NCBI GenBank assembly: GCA_951406725.2
Contig: OX597820.1
Coordinates: 104,036,001 to 104,100,000, forward strand
Reading direction: 5' to 3'
Origin: Octopus vulgaris
Taxonomy: Eukaryota
DNA: 64,000 nt
A program made the translations under genes and the position numbers. Below, one piece after another: positions 1-12,834 of this stretch. Positions within the stretch are counted from its first letter, which is position 1, and each line of letters opens with the position of its first letter. Under the pieces are notes generated by a model, which ran no database searches, had not been told where the DNA came from, and saw only the letters and a list, made by a program, of their open reading frames with translations.

Positions 1-738
1 GTCGGGGACAAGAAACAGAAAGAAAGAGTGAGAGAAAGTTGGGATGATAGAGTACAACAGGGGTCGCCACCACCCCCTGCCGGAGCCTCGTTGGAGCTTT
101 AGGTGTTTTCGCTCAATAAACACACACAACGCCCGGTCTAGGAATCGAAACCGCGAGTCCGCTGCCCTAACTAACCACTGGGCCATTGCACCTCCACAGA
201 TAGAAGCAAATAGGAAATAACAATTACCGACCAAAGGAAAAATTTTTTTTAAAATTTTGTTATCATCATCATTGACACCACGAATGTTGTTACTGTTGTT
301 GTAGTTGAACGTGTTAAACTCCTGCTAGTCATCACACTTCCTCGTTTTCTTTTGCGGTGCAAAATAAGATAAAAATGAAATCAAACCCAAAATACCTAAA
401 ATTCCCATTGAGTTACGATTACTCATCTCCTTCCTCCTAAAGCACCCGGGGTAAAAAAAAAAAAAAAAAAGATGTAAGGGATTGCTTTTTCACTTTGATT
501 TAATGGAAAAGTGATAGTTTATCTTTTACTTGTTTCAGTCATTTGACTGCATACCATACTGGGACACTGCTTTGAGGAATTTTAGTCGAACAAACCCACC
601 CGAGTACTTATTGTTCTTATTTTTAAGCCTGCTACTTATTCTATCGGTCTTTTATCCTAACCGCTAAGTTACGGGGCCGTAAACACATCAACACCGGTTG
701 TAAAGACACACACACACACACAGATATTTACATATATA

Positions 739-797
<59 letters not shown>

Positions 798-1329
798 CTT
801 CTTTCAGTTTCCGTCTACCAAATCCACTCACTTTGGTCGACCCGCGGCAATAACAGAAGAAAACACAAAGACGCGCGCGCATACACACACACATACATGG
901 TCTTAAAAATTCGACTTTTACACCAGTATATACGGTGTAAATTACATAACAGAAGCATGGTGGTGTTGGTGGTGGTGGTGGTGGTGGAGCAACGGTCAAA
1001 AACTTTTCCTGGTTTTATGTGAATATTATTTTCTTCGTTTATTGCTGTTTAAAATAATTATCTTAATGACCTTTGTTTGTTTGAAATTCTTATTACCACG
1101 GCTTTACTATTACTAATGTTATCCTTCGTTTCATGTGAAACTAAAAGGAAAGCTAAAGCTTGCGAAATTAAAAGGAAAGTTTAAGGTTAATGAAAACTGA
1201 AAGCAGTACGTTGATTTTCCAGAATCACGTAAACCAGACATGGGCAACCTTTTCAAGAAGCGGGCTACATGAGACATGACTCATCATGAGGCGGGTCGCA
1301 TTACTAAAAAATTCAAAGTAATTTTTCAT

Positions 1330-1711
1330 TAGTGTGCCATTCAGAAAGTCCTGTGGGCCGCTGTCTGCTCATGACTGGCCAAAACAATCACTGCGTAATT
1401 TCTCTTTCTTCGTCCTTTTCAAGCCTAGCCAGGCTCATAGGCCCGGTTTCCCGGTTTCTGTGGTGTATGTGTCCCTCCCAGCTGGACGGGACGCCAGTCC
1501 ATTGCAGCGTTACTCAAGAAACAGGAAGAGACGGTGAGAGAAAGTTGGGGTTAAAGAGCACAACAGGGGTCGCCACCACCCCTTGCCGGAGCCTCGTGGA
1601 GCTTTAGGTGTTTTCGCTCAATAAACACACACAACGCCCGGTCTGGGAATCGAAACCGCGATCCTCCGACTGCAAGTCCGCTGCCCTAACCACTGGGTCA
1701 TTGCGCCCCTA
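1330..1711 (-). mobile_element. SINE family B
   Basis: Head shared with 6324-6715; body contains gactggcgtcccgtccag. Confidence 0.8.
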
Positions 1712-2979
1712 CACTGCATAATTTACTGATATGATAAAACAGTTGTTCTATGAAAAACTGGGTTTTTAAGGTAAAAACAAAAAAAATCGTTCGTATTTGT
1801 ATCTGTTATGAATTTGTCATGTCAAATAAGGGATTGATTTCCTTTTGATTGTGTCAGGCGGTTTGATATTTTAAAAGAAGAGAATAATGGATTGTTTGAC
1901 ACAACGTAAATGTCAAATGGTTTCAATCAGAAATTTAACCTATGTTGGTGCACCTGGTATTTTATGCGACGCTCGCCACGTGTTACCTATAAAGGACAAT
2001 GTTAAGGTAGAAATGATAGATTGTGGACTGAATGCTCTAACATTTAGTTTCCTACTAGAGTTCTGATTTCGCTTTCTACTAACGTCTATAATTTTTTCTT
2101 TTTCTGTCGCACGACAGCAAAGAATAGAGTCTATCACATATGACCTGCGGTCGGTTTCAATATCTATAACCCTTCTCTAAAAACTTATAAACGAAATCAA
2201 TGTTACATATTGCAAACAAAAGTGATAACACGATGGCCCAAGCGTATGATTGTAATTAGTTTTAGTGTTCTGCTCTGAGTGCTAACCCCACTGCGAGTGT
2301 TTGTCTAATCGCTGCACTTTACGTTCTGAGTTCAAATCCAACCGAGACCAACTTCGTTTTTTGCCGCGCCGGACAAGAAGCTTAGCGGCATTCTACCCAA
2401 CTCTACGTAGTGAGTTCAAATGCTGCCGAGGTCAACTTTGACCTATATATGATCCATTCGGGTCCAGAAAATAAGTACCAGTTGAACACTGAGGTTGAGG
2501 TAATAGATTTAACCCCTCCCACCAAAACCTCTGGCGATGTTCCAAAAACTGAAATCGATATTTAATTATGGCTCAAGGCAGCGGCCTGGTAGAATCGTTA
2601 CCGCACCGGGCAAAATGCTTAGCGACATTGCGTTGGTCTTTACGTTCTGAATTCAAATTCCGCCGAGGTCAACTTTGCCTTTTTTCCTTTCGGAGTCAAT
2701 AATATAAATACCAGTTGAGCTCTGGGATTGATGTGATCGATTTGCCCCTTGCCCTTGTACTTACTAGCCTTGTGCTAAAACTGGAACCCGTTATAAAATT
2801 TGGGCTCTTTATATTCTGAGTGCAAATCCTGCTAAAGTCATCTTTGCCTTTCATCCTTTAGAAGTCGATAAAAGAAAATACCAGTCGAGTACTAAAGTGG
2901 GGTGGAGTATATTTAATTATTGTCATCCGGCCTTATCTTGTGGCTACGGTAGAAACGGCCACCAGTGTCATCATTATTG

Positions 2980-3376
2980 GTTTCTACTCTAGGCACCAGG
3001 CCCGAAATTAATGGGGAGAGGGCCAGTCGATTAGATTGATCCCAGTACGCAACTGGTACTTAATTTATCGACCCTTGAAAGGATGAAAGGCAAAGTCGAC
3101 CTCGGTGGAATTTGAATTCAGAACGTAAAGACAGACAAAATACCTATTTCTTTACTACCCAAAAGGGGCTAAACACAGAGGGGACAAACATGGACAGACA
3201 AACGGATTAAGTCGATTACATCGACCCCAGTGCGTAACTGGTACTTATTTAATCGACCCCGAAAGGAAGAAAGGCAAAGTCGACCTCGGCGGAATTTGAA
3301 CTCAGAACGTAGCGGCAGACGAAATACGGCTACGCATTTCGCCCGGCGTGCTAACGATTCTGCCAGCTCGCCGCCT
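2980..3376 (-). mobile_element. SINE family A with duplicated 3' part
   Basis: Reverse complement of the 5447 consensus, with the body present twice. Confidence 0.8.
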
Positions 3377-3804
3377 TCAGCGTCATCATTATTGCCGTCA
3401 TGATGATGATGAACATCATCATTCATCGGCGCAGTCTTCATCATCTTCGACATCATTGTCATCATCAAATAAAAGTGATGGATGGCAAAAGTGTTCGAAT
3501 ACTAAATCAAATATTTTGAAGTATTTAGTTACGTTTATCGGTTTCTAGGTTTAAATTTTTTCAATTTCGACAGTTACCATTTTAGATCCCGAGAACAGGC
3601 ATCGAGTATGCCCGTTCTATTGTCGATTTAATCGCTAATAATTCTTTCCCTGTAAATCTCTGACTTCACATTAATCTAAGAAATCAATGTTACATACTGT
3701 GAGATCGATGATAATTCAAGCAATAAAGCACAAGACTAAGTGTTTTACTATTCTGAGTTCGTTCCTGTTTTAGTTAACTTGGGTTTCCATTCCTTCAGGG
3801 TTGA

Positions 3805-3835
<31 letters not shown>

Positions 3836-4172
3836 ATGAATTATGTAATTAATGCTAAACACGTGTTTCCCAAAAAACCCCGTGACCTTTTGTTAATTTA
3901 AGAATTTTTTAATATTTATTTGTTTTGGGGTTTTTTTGTGTGGGATGGGTGACCATATGATCCATGCGTAATCATATTTCGTTTCGCGACAGCTGGCCGT
4001 TGGTATATGATAACGACCATGCGCCAACTCGCGCCAGCTTTTCACTTAATCATTTAGCTACACCTTCTGACATGAACTCACGTGAATCCCCCAGTCCTAA
4101 TTCCACACCCAACACTTCACACGTTAGCGGTATCAAATGACAAAGAGTCAGAGAATGTCAGAGAATGTAAGT

Positions 4173-4470
4173 GGAGACACATGGCCTAGTGGTTAGAGCA
4201 GCGGTCGGGGGATCGCGGATTCGAATCTCAGACCGGGTGATGTGTGTGTTTATGAGCGAAACACCTAAGCTGCACGCGGCTCCGGCAGAAAGTAATGGCG
4301 AACTTCTGCTGACTCTTTGGCCACAACTTTCTCTCACTCTTTCCTCCTGCATCTAGCAGCTCACCTGCGACGGACCGGCGTCCCGTCCAGGTGGGGAACC
4401 TATACGCCAAAGAAACTGCGAAACCGGCCCTTATGAGCCAGGCATGGCTTGAGAAAGGAACAAACAACAA
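4173..4470 (+). mobile_element. tRNA-derived SINE (family B related)
   Basis: tggcctagtggttagagca...ggattcgaatct head; tgcgacggaccggcgtcccgtccag body. Confidence 0.75.
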
Positions 4471-4510
4471 GGGAATGTCAGGAAAAAATGTACTGGCTGC
4501 CATTTGGAAG

Positions 4511-4592
4511 CATAGCCAAGACACAGGACACTTTGAAGACATAGCCAAGACACAGGACACTTTGAAGGCATAGCCAAGACACAGGACACTTC
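4511..4592. repeat. 29-bp tandem repeat, about 2.8 copies
   Basis: catagccaagacacaggacactttgaag(a/g) starting at 4511, 4540 and 4569. Confidence 0.9.
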
Positions 4593-5446
4593 TAGCTCTC
4601 TCCAGTCGTTCTAATTGGAAATAGATATCGTGAATAAATGCAGCTCATCGTTGCTGTTGTTGTTATTGTTGTTGATGCTGTTGTTGTTGCTACTTTGTTG
4701 TTTGTATGCTTCTTGTTGTTCTTGATGTTTTCTTGTTTTTTTATGTTTGTTGATATTGTTGCTGTTTTCGTGTTCGTATGTTTGTTGCTGTTGTTGTTCA
4801 GTCCACGCCTACATAGTACATAGTGCATCAAGGACTGCCTTATCTAACATGCCCTTCCCTTCCTAAAATATGAGAGCGGCAGACAGGATTTCCACTTCGG
4901 GTCGTATTCATCGTTGTCGGTGGAAGGAGTGCAGTAACACTAATGAGTAACCTATTAGTTTGCGGCAGTGAGTCCGACTCTGTTTGGGTTTTGGGAGAAC
5001 TCTTTACATGACTCATGGGTATGCAGTTAAGCAGCTTGCCTTGCAGCTACGTGATGTCGGTTCAACACCACTGCACGGAAACTTGGACAGATATCTTTTA
5101 CAATAACCTCGAACGGACGACTGCCTTGTGAGTGAATTTGATCGGTTGAAATTCTGTGAAATCCCGTCGTATATATGTGCGTGCGTGCGGCGTACGTGTA
5201 TGTGTTTTGTATAACAACAAACCTCACAATTTCAGATTAACTATCAAATATACCTACATCTTGATTCTAGTCTAGATTATATTTCAGTGACTTAAATTAA
5301 TTCAGAAACTTCATCTTATGCAGAATAACATGTAAATACGTCCTAATATACACACATAAACAGTTTAACATAGCAAAAAGCAAAAAAGTTGATATAACAA
5401 AGGCTTCTTATTGATAACCTAAAGCTATATTCTAAAAACTTCTAAA

Positions 5447-5677
5447 GGCGGCGAGCTGGCAGAAACGCTAGCACGCCGGGCGAAATGCGTGGCCGTATTT
5501 CGTCTGCCGTTACGTTCTGAGTTCAAATTCCGCCGAGGTCGACTTTGCCTTTCATCCTATCGGGGTCGATAAATTAAGTACCAGTTACGTACTGGGGTCG
5601 ATGTAATCGACTTAATCCCGTTGTCTGTCCTTGTTTGTCCCCTCTGTGTTTAGCCCCTTGTGGGTAGTAAAGAAATA
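5447..5677 (+). mobile_element. SINE family A (ggcggcgagctggcagaa...), full copy
   Basis: tRNA-like A/B boxes (tggcagaa..., gagttcaaattcc). Many copies in the window, e.g. ~2300-2890, 24486-24624, 34260-34480, 55880-56050. Confidence 0.85.
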
Positions 5678-6015
5678 TATCTTCTAACACTTCTGTCACT
5701 GATAGACAATCAGATCTGGGGTACAGCATTTTCACGCAATATAGAAATGGATTTCAGCCAGGATGAGCATTGCGATTGATATTAAGGAAAAAAGAAGAAA
5801 AACATGAGAACGTCACATGAGATGATAATTGGAAACATATAGCTTATTAGGACCGGAAATTAATTTTAAATAACTACTAATCCCTTGCTAACTACTAATT
5901 CCTTCTTATGTACTAATGCCTTGCTTCCCATTAATCCCATGCTAACCAGTAATCCCTTGCTAACTGCTAACTGCTAGCTCCTAACTAAACTACTAATGCC
6001 GTTCTAACTACCCCA

Positions 6016-7704
6016 AAAGGGGGTACCCAAATGAAACCGGAATTTTACAATATATTTTACAATATTATTTTATTCCCTTAATTTTTACATGTTTACACTC
6101 TTATCGACTTCAAAGTATTCTCCATTTGAATAACGCATCGGTCCAAACGCGTTTTCTACCGTTGGAAGCAATCCTAGAACTCTTGCGAAGTGATGTCTTT
6201 TAACGCCTCCGTCATTTTTTTTCTTCACCTCTTCCACATCTGCAAAATGTTTTTCTTTAAGGACTTTTTTCATTCGAAGGAACAAAAAAATAAAATAAAA
6301 GTTACGGGAAGCAAGATCGGGTGAATGGATGGATGGAAGCACTCCGTCGGTTACGACGACGAGGGTTCCGGTTGATCCGAATCAACGGAACAGCCTGCTC
6401 GTGAAATTAACGTGTAAGTGGCTGAGCACTCCACAGACACGTCACCTTTAACGTAGTTCTCGGAGATATTCAGCGTGACACAGAGAGTGACAAGGCCGGC
6501 CCTTTGAAATACAGGTACAACAGAAACAGGAAGTAAGAGTAAGAGAAAGTTATGGTGAAAGAGTACAGCAGGGATCACCACCATCCCCTGCCGGAGCCTC
6601 GTGGAGCTTAGGGTGTTTTCGCTCAATAAACACTCACAACGCCCGGTCTGGGAATCGAAACCGCGATCCTATGACCGCGAGTCCGCTGCCCTAACCACTG
6701 GGTCATTGCTCCTCCGATCGGGTGGGTAAATGGAGTCATGTCATTTTTGGTCAAAAACTGTCTCACACTCAAGGCGGTGAGCACAGGCGCATTGTCCTGA
6801 TGAAACCACCACTGTCAGCTTTGCCACTGGTTGAGGCGTTTACGTCTCGCGGGATCTCGCAAACGCTTCAGAACTGCCAAGTAAAAATATCTGATAAAAA
6901 AGTTTGACCAGGAGGAACAAATATTGTGTGGACAATTCCTTTCGCATCGATGAAACAAATTAGTATTGTCTTGACACTGGACTTCATTTGATGCACTTTT
7001 TGAAGGCGTGGTGACACTGAATGACTCCATTGACTTGAATGCTGCTTGGTTTTGGGGTTGTAACCGTTTTGGGGTTGTAACCAACTTTTGTAAACCAGTG
7101 GTAACCTTCGAAAAATGGTTCGGATCAACTTCCAACTGTTCTTTCAGTTCACGACATGCATTCAGTCGTGACTACTTTTGATCTTCCTTGAGCAAACGAG
7201 GCACACATTTTGCTGCAACTCCTTTAATTCGCAGTTCCTTGCTCAAAATTCGTTGGTAGGAGCTCCGGGACACACCAGTCATATCAACAAGTTTGTCAAT
7301 TGTTCGGCGACGGCCCTCCAAGACCAGTTCATGAATTTTCGTGATGTTTTCATTCGTTCGGGAGGTCGACGGTCGCCCTGAACGAAGTTGGTCTTCAAGC
7401 GATAAGTAACCATTCCTAAAGTGTGAAAACATCTCGTAAACATGTGTTTTGCTCATGACAGCTGTTTGAAGCATGACGACTGTTTCGGCCGCCGTTTTCC
7501 CCAGAATTTCACGGAAGCATGCTGTCCCTTTCTTTCAGCCATCGCAAAACTCGACGAACAGAGGGGAAGCGCGGCAAAACAAAGACTCCGGTCGGCAGAC
7601 TGATGCCTGAGGGTAGCATCAAGCGGTTTCTAGCGGCGGAAGCCTGAATTACAATGGACTTGTCCCACAGAGAACGTTTCCGGTTACTCTTACGTACCCC
7701 TTCG
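6016..7704 (-). mobile_element. Decayed mariner-family transposon
   Basis: Frameshifted transposase pieces: HTH region (SLEDQLRSGRPST, KCVPRLL), KTILICFIDAKGIVH, and SPDLA..F.LF.RMKK.LK. Imperfect TIRs ggggtacccaaatgaaaccggaa / tttccggttactcttacgtacccc. Interrupted by a SINE. Confidence 0.85.
6324..6715 (-). mobile_element. SINE family B inserted in mariner
   Basis: tRNA-like head (cccagtggttagggcagcggactc...ggtttcgattcc). TSD gatcgggtg at 6315-23 and 6716-24. Same head at 1-196 and 1330-1711. Confidence 0.85.
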
Positions 7705-7929
7705 TGCTACTGCTACTAAGCTGCTATTCAGACGTACTTGAATTAAAGTGTGGAGGAAAATGTTCAATAAATAAAAGATCACTGACAAAAGCTTGTGTAT
7801 TAGAAGCTGAAAGATATATGAGCAGGAACAGTAGTCTTCGCTGGGCTAGCGATAAAAAAAAACATTCTATCAACCAGAAGCTGAAAATAATGACAAGGAA
7901 ATATCCAAGTCGCAATATTTTAACTCTTG

Positions 7930-8310
7930 TACTCTCTTGTACTTGTTTCAGTCATTTGACTGAAGCACCGCCTTTAGTCGAGCAAATCGACCCCGGGACT
8001 TATTCTTTGTAAGCCTAGTACTTATTCTATCGGTCTCGTTTGTCGAACTGCTAAGATACGGGGACGTAAACATACCTGCATCGGTTGTCAAGCGATGTTG
8101 GAGTGGGTGTGGACAAACATAAACACACATATATGTACATACATACGACGGGCTTCTTTCAGTTTCTGTCTACCAAATCCACTCACAAGGCTTTGGTTTG
8201 CCCGGGGCAATAGTAGAAAACACTTGCCCACGGTGCCACGCAGTGGGACTGAACCCAGAACCATGTGTTTGATAAGCAAGCTACTTACCACACAGCCACT
8301 CCTGCGTCTA
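7930..8310 (-). mobile_element. SINE family C (gcaggagtggctgtgtggtaag...)
   Basis: tRNA-like head, gcacc(t/g)tgggcaagt core and an internal microsatellite. Other copies at ~520-860, 13045-13436, 18183-18590, 20265-20490, 29300-29525, 33705-34055, 47020-47930, 52340-52740 and 56100-56300. Confidence 0.85.
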
Positions 8311-8613
8311 TAACTGAAAATTATGTTTACGCAGAAAATATTATATTAATCTTCAAACTCGTCAAAAATATCTACGAAGTATGTTTCGTCTTTGTTCTTG
8401 CAATGTCAAAAAGTTCGAGTTTCCACTACAAATTTTAGATGACTAAAACCTCAAGTTAGTTATATGTTTACTTTTTCATGTCTGTAGAAACATTTACTTT
8501 TACTTTCATAGAACCAGTTGGACAAGATAACTTGTATATGAGTGCTTCCAACGTATCATCGAGTGTTTCTTATGACTGTTATATACGCTAGTTATAGGAG
8601 TGTTTCCACTGTA

Positions 8614-8671
<58 letters not shown>

Positions 8672-8746
8672 TAATATTAGCGTGTTACTAATTAGCAAAG
8701 AACAATATTTTACCATCATTGCAAGCGTTTGCATTTAAAAGTCCTG

Positions 8747-9177
8747 GGATCTTTTCGGTTTGAACGGCAGTTTTTTCTAGCGGTGTCATATGAAATTGTC
8801 ACCCATAATTATGACCCTAGTATCGATCTATTGCATTTCAATCTCTTTTAGGGTTAAGGTTAGTTAGGGTTAGGGTTAGGGAAGGGAGAAGGGTATCTTT
8901 TTTTCTTCACAAATGTAAATAAACCCAATCTGTTTCTTAAACGAGGGACATATTCATACTGCACAGAATGCTTTTTAACTCAATAGACGTCACTGATTGG
9001 TTGAAATTGCAGAAATTGAAGAAAAAAACAACAAATATCTTACAAACTATAGAATTTTCTCAATAAAGACAAGAGAAAAAGATGTTTTATAAACACATTC
9101 TATCAGTATACGAAGTTTAACATTTTTTAGTTACCTAGAAATTATGTTAAAAACTGCCGTTCAAGCGGAAAAGATCC
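8747..9177. mobile_element. MITE with GGATC termini, 8-bp TSD and internal TTAGGG-like repeats
   Basis: TIR ggatcttttcggtttgaacggcagtttt / aaaactgccgttcaagcggaaaagatcc. TSD aagtcctg at 8739-46 and 9178-85. Confidence 0.85.
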
Positions 9178-9488
9178 AAGTCCTGATATTAATATGTTAA
9201 TATATTTGTCTTGTTTTATTCTTTAGCGAATTCCAAGTTCTTTCGATCTAGATTTATTGAATTTCAGATTGTGTCCATGTTGTTAAGTAAAAACAAAAAT
9301 AATATAATTGTTAAAATAAGAGTTAGTGATAATTACTGAACACTTGGTCCTCCAGTGAATAAATTTGTTTTCTTTTATTGTTTTTCTTTTATATTCTGCG
9401 ACTCATTACATCTATAGAACATTTTATAAGAAAAAAAACAACCGTATAACCATCTAAATCCCATGTGAATTTATTTGCAGTATCATCA

Positions 9489-9561
9489 ATGGCTGTGTTA
9501 AGAATACCTTCTTTTGTTACAATCATCATTGTCCTGCTTTTTGGTTCGGACATAATCGTAG
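9489..9561 (+). CDS. Orphan secreted protein, coding exon 1 (signal peptide)
   Basis: ATG at 9489 lies just after a ttatttgcag acceptor (ends 9480). It encodes MAVLRIPSFVTIIIVLLFGSDIIV, with a basic N-region and hydrophobic core. Donor G|GTAAGT at 9561/9562 is phase 1, matching the acceptor at 12436. Confidence 0.75.
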
Positions 9562-10080
9562 GTAAGTTACATAAACTATGGAATCTACTCCGTAATATTT
9601 CCACATATTTCTCATACACGCTTTTCTTGCGTGACCTACATAACAGTTAGTGACATAAATTAACATAAATTATGTAATATCTAAGATGTAAATCTTAAAC
9701 ATTTACCAGAGTTGTATTGATTCCTTTTTCACTATAGAGTTCAACAACCCAAGCAAGCATTAAACAAAACATTTTTTACATGAAATGTCTGTTGGATTTT
9801 TTTGAGAGAATCCAAGTGTGAGGTTACATCGCACAAAATAACTTTTTTTTTTCACATGAATACATCTACTGTTAATTCCTTTAAATATCTTCAGATCAGC
9901 AATAAAATGTTTCTGTCTTGTATTTACATGGAACTTGAAATTTCAAGAAATGCTATGATTTTGATAGACATCAATGTCTGTGGTCAATATTCTCATTTAA
10001 TTGGATGTGAGATAAGTGACAAAAGAAAATATGCTGCATTGTTCCCCCAGTGGTTCTTGAAGGTGTCCCGAGTTGAGCCC

Positions 10081-10133
<53 letters not shown>

Positions 10134-10285
10134 GGGGTAAAATATGAAAAATCAACGAAAATGCACATTGTAAATAAAAAAAGGCTTTTTATGAAAGGCA
10201 ACGACAGATATATACATTTAGATGGACTGAGGTAATAATAAAAGTCATAAAAGTCATTATTATGAGATGATTATAAAGTCAGAAA

Positions 10286-10328
10286 ACAAAGCATACCATG
10301 GTTTCCGCAAAGCTATTCATTGCTTTGT
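10286..10328 (-). ncRNA. Hammerhead-topology motif with variant core
   Basis: Reverse complement: acaaagca-ATGAATA-gctttgc-g-GAAA-c-catg-g-TA-tgctttgt. 8-bp stem I and ACCATGGT palindrome. Confidence 0.45.
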
Positions 10329-10589
10329 ATACACCGGCTAATATACGGTGTCAGGTCTATTTTATATTTTCTTTTTGTAACATATATATACATGCGCATT
10401 TGTTTTTACAGTACATTTATATGTAATGCTTCAATGTAAATACTCAATTGCTAAAGAAACTTATGTATAAATGGTATAAATGTATTGTAAAACAAGTATA
10501 CATACATAAATACATGTGTGTGTATATGTGCGTGTGTGAGTGAATGTGTGTGTGTGTATTATATGTATATATAAAAAGTCATTTGACGA

Positions 10590-10930
10590 TTGAGTATTTA
10601 CATAGAAACATTATATAAATGCACTATAAAAATAAGTGCACCTATATACACATACATAGCGACACCTTTAAGAAATGCTGGAGGAACCATGCAGTATCAT
10701 TTTGGAACAGCTGTAGAAGGCAATGCACATCACTGGCAGACCTCATGTGAGACCTCAAACGGAAAAAATACAATACAGCACAACTTAGACAGTACAAAAC
10801 CATATAACGCATACTCAAAAGCATGTAACCCCTGCCTGAAAGAGACACTTGAAATGATATTATCTAATGATAAAATAACCAACAAATAGTCAGAGATTAT
10901 TTTAACTTGTAACCATAGGCTTAAAAGCTC
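10590..10930 (+). mobile_element. Penelope-like retroelement remnant (GIY-YIG C-terminus)
   Basis: Translation TKPYNAYSKACNPCLKETLEMILSNDKITNK*SEIILTCNHR matches the PY..C.LCL.EK..I...LNKR.E...CRH C-terminal pattern of PLE endonucleases. Confidence 0.65.
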
Positions 10931-11566
10931 ATTTCTGTTATTTGGAAAGAATATAAAAAGTATATAATGTTTAATGTTATATCAATTCTTTATTTACTCA
11001 AAAATGTACTTATAGTTTGATGATTACTTCTACTTCTAAGATTGTAATGTTGCTTACCTGAATTATATAATCTTTGCAATAATTTGTATATATCTAAGAT
11101 CATTTAGTTATGCCAATCTGTTTTTTTATTAAAAAATGCTATTATAATGTCTCAGTATCATTATCGGTATATCTAAATGATATTATTTATATTGTTGTAC
11201 ACCTAAATTGTGCGATCCCATAATTACTGATTTGTTAGGTACAGTTGTTTAGGTAAAGAGGAAGTGTCTATAGAAAGGACCTGCTTACGTGGGGTGGAAT
11301 GTTATAGCGTAAGTCGAAAATGGCTGGTAAAGTGACATGGAGAGATGCAAATTGATGAGAGCAAAAAATGAGAGTCTCTTTAGATAGATATATGTAAATA
11401 AATACAGATGTATGTATATTAGTGTGAAATAAAAGAATATGTATATATGTATAATGACTGCATGGGTCTGAAATCTGGTGATTTAACCTAATGCTAAGAA
11501 GTGAAAGGAATCGTCAATAGTATGTATATTAACACGTGTGTGCATAAGTCTATATCTATATATCTA

Positions 11567-11622
<56 letters not shown>

Positions 11623-11742
11623 ATGCATGTACGGATGTATGTGTGTTTGTATGTATGTTCGTATGTATGTCTGTGTATGTATGTATGTTAAGCATATATT
11701 TAGTTATAATTATTTCTACTTATACACCAAATGAATAAATAC

Positions 11743-11806
<64 letters not shown>

Positions 11807-11811
<5 letters not shown>

Positions 11812-11910
11812 CGTGCGCAGGGGCGTGCGTGCGCAGGGGCGTGCGTGCGCAGGGGCGTGCGTGCGCAGGGGCGTGCGTGCGCAGGGGCGTGCGTGCGCAG
11901 GGGCGTGCGT
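11807..11910. repeat. 16-bp GC-rich minisatellite, 6 copies
   Basis: Perfect (gcgtgcgtgcgcaggg)6 directly after (GT)n. Confidence 0.95.
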
Positions 11911-12436
11911 GTGTAAGGGTGCAGGTGAATAAATTCTTCCCCTGTGCTAGCATCAATTAATGACTGATTAAATGGCTGTGAAAGGAATCAAGAACAGCTA
12001 ACATCAAGTTTACGAGCAGACTGACGGACAGGTTGGTATCCCGCTGAGGTAATAAGTTGGACACACGTCCTTTGAAGTGAAATGCTTACAGATAAAAGTG
12101 ATAAGTAATCCTTTTAGCTTACATTTTGGCAACATTATTATTTTAGAACAATGGTTTTCAACCGGGGTCCATATGGCCCTTGAGTATCCATATAAGATTT
12201 CCGAGGATGCACACAATGAATTAGTAAATTGGGGATCCACAATACAATTTTAAGGGCCTATGAGAAACTTTTGCTTTAGCTCAGGGGTGGGGGACTTTTT
12301 AGTGCGGCGGGCAAAAATTTCCAAAGAAAAAGGTCCGCGGGCGGATCACAAGTTCTAACTCTTATATTTGTGTAAATCTTGTATATATCTATGTATAATT
12401 ATCTGGCTGATGTATATATGTTGCTTCTTTTCGCAG

Positions 12437-12834
12437 ATTGTTATGAAAATCCATGGCCTGAAACTTTTATGGATTTTGGAATGGATGATCCCCGACCTTT
12501 TACATCGAGCTGGCCCTATAACGTACAAAATAGTTATAGAGGTTATGGTGACTATGTTAGACAAATGCTAAATAACAAACTCAAAGATATGATGAAATTT
12601 TCAAGGGACTTTGTTCACCAGGGGAATTACTATGGAAATAATTTCGAGCAGGACCCAGACACTAAGATGTTACTGCAGCAAGCACGAGTAGCTTTCGCAA
12701 ACAGTAATTCAGGGGGCCGTTATTTAGGAAAATTGGTTCGGACTGCATCCTGTGGCAAACATTGTATCATCAAAGTTGTAATCGGAAAAATTAATGGAAA
12801 TTATTATGAAAATGTCTCGAAAAGTAATCATTAG
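12437..12834 (+). CDS. Orphan secreted protein, coding exon 2 (spliced product 156 aa)
   Basis: Acceptor ttgcttcttttcgcag ends at 12436. G+AT rebuilds Asp in frame with non-repetitive ORF 12379-12834 (DCYENPWPETFMDFGMDDPRPF...SCGKHC...SKSNH*). A donor AG|GTAAGT follows at 12862/12863, 28 nt after the stop. Confidence 0.75.

Noticed and set aside
4173-4240. tRNA gene (also 6640-6715, 8230-8310, 49740-49810)
   Set aside because: A/B-box heads run directly into multi-copy SINE bodies; no complete cloverleaf is evident.
4511-4592. 29-bp repeats as a CRISPR array
   Set aside because: Head-to-tail tandem units with no spacers, in eukaryotic context with no cas genes.
8849-8885. Telomere or chromosome-fusion site (TTAGGG)
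   Set aside because: Short arrays internal to a MITE with TIRs and TSDs.
12437-12834. Reflectin gene
   Set aside because: Only a faint MDF..MD..DPR resemblance; no repeated reflectin motifs, and it has a signal peptide and a coding intron.
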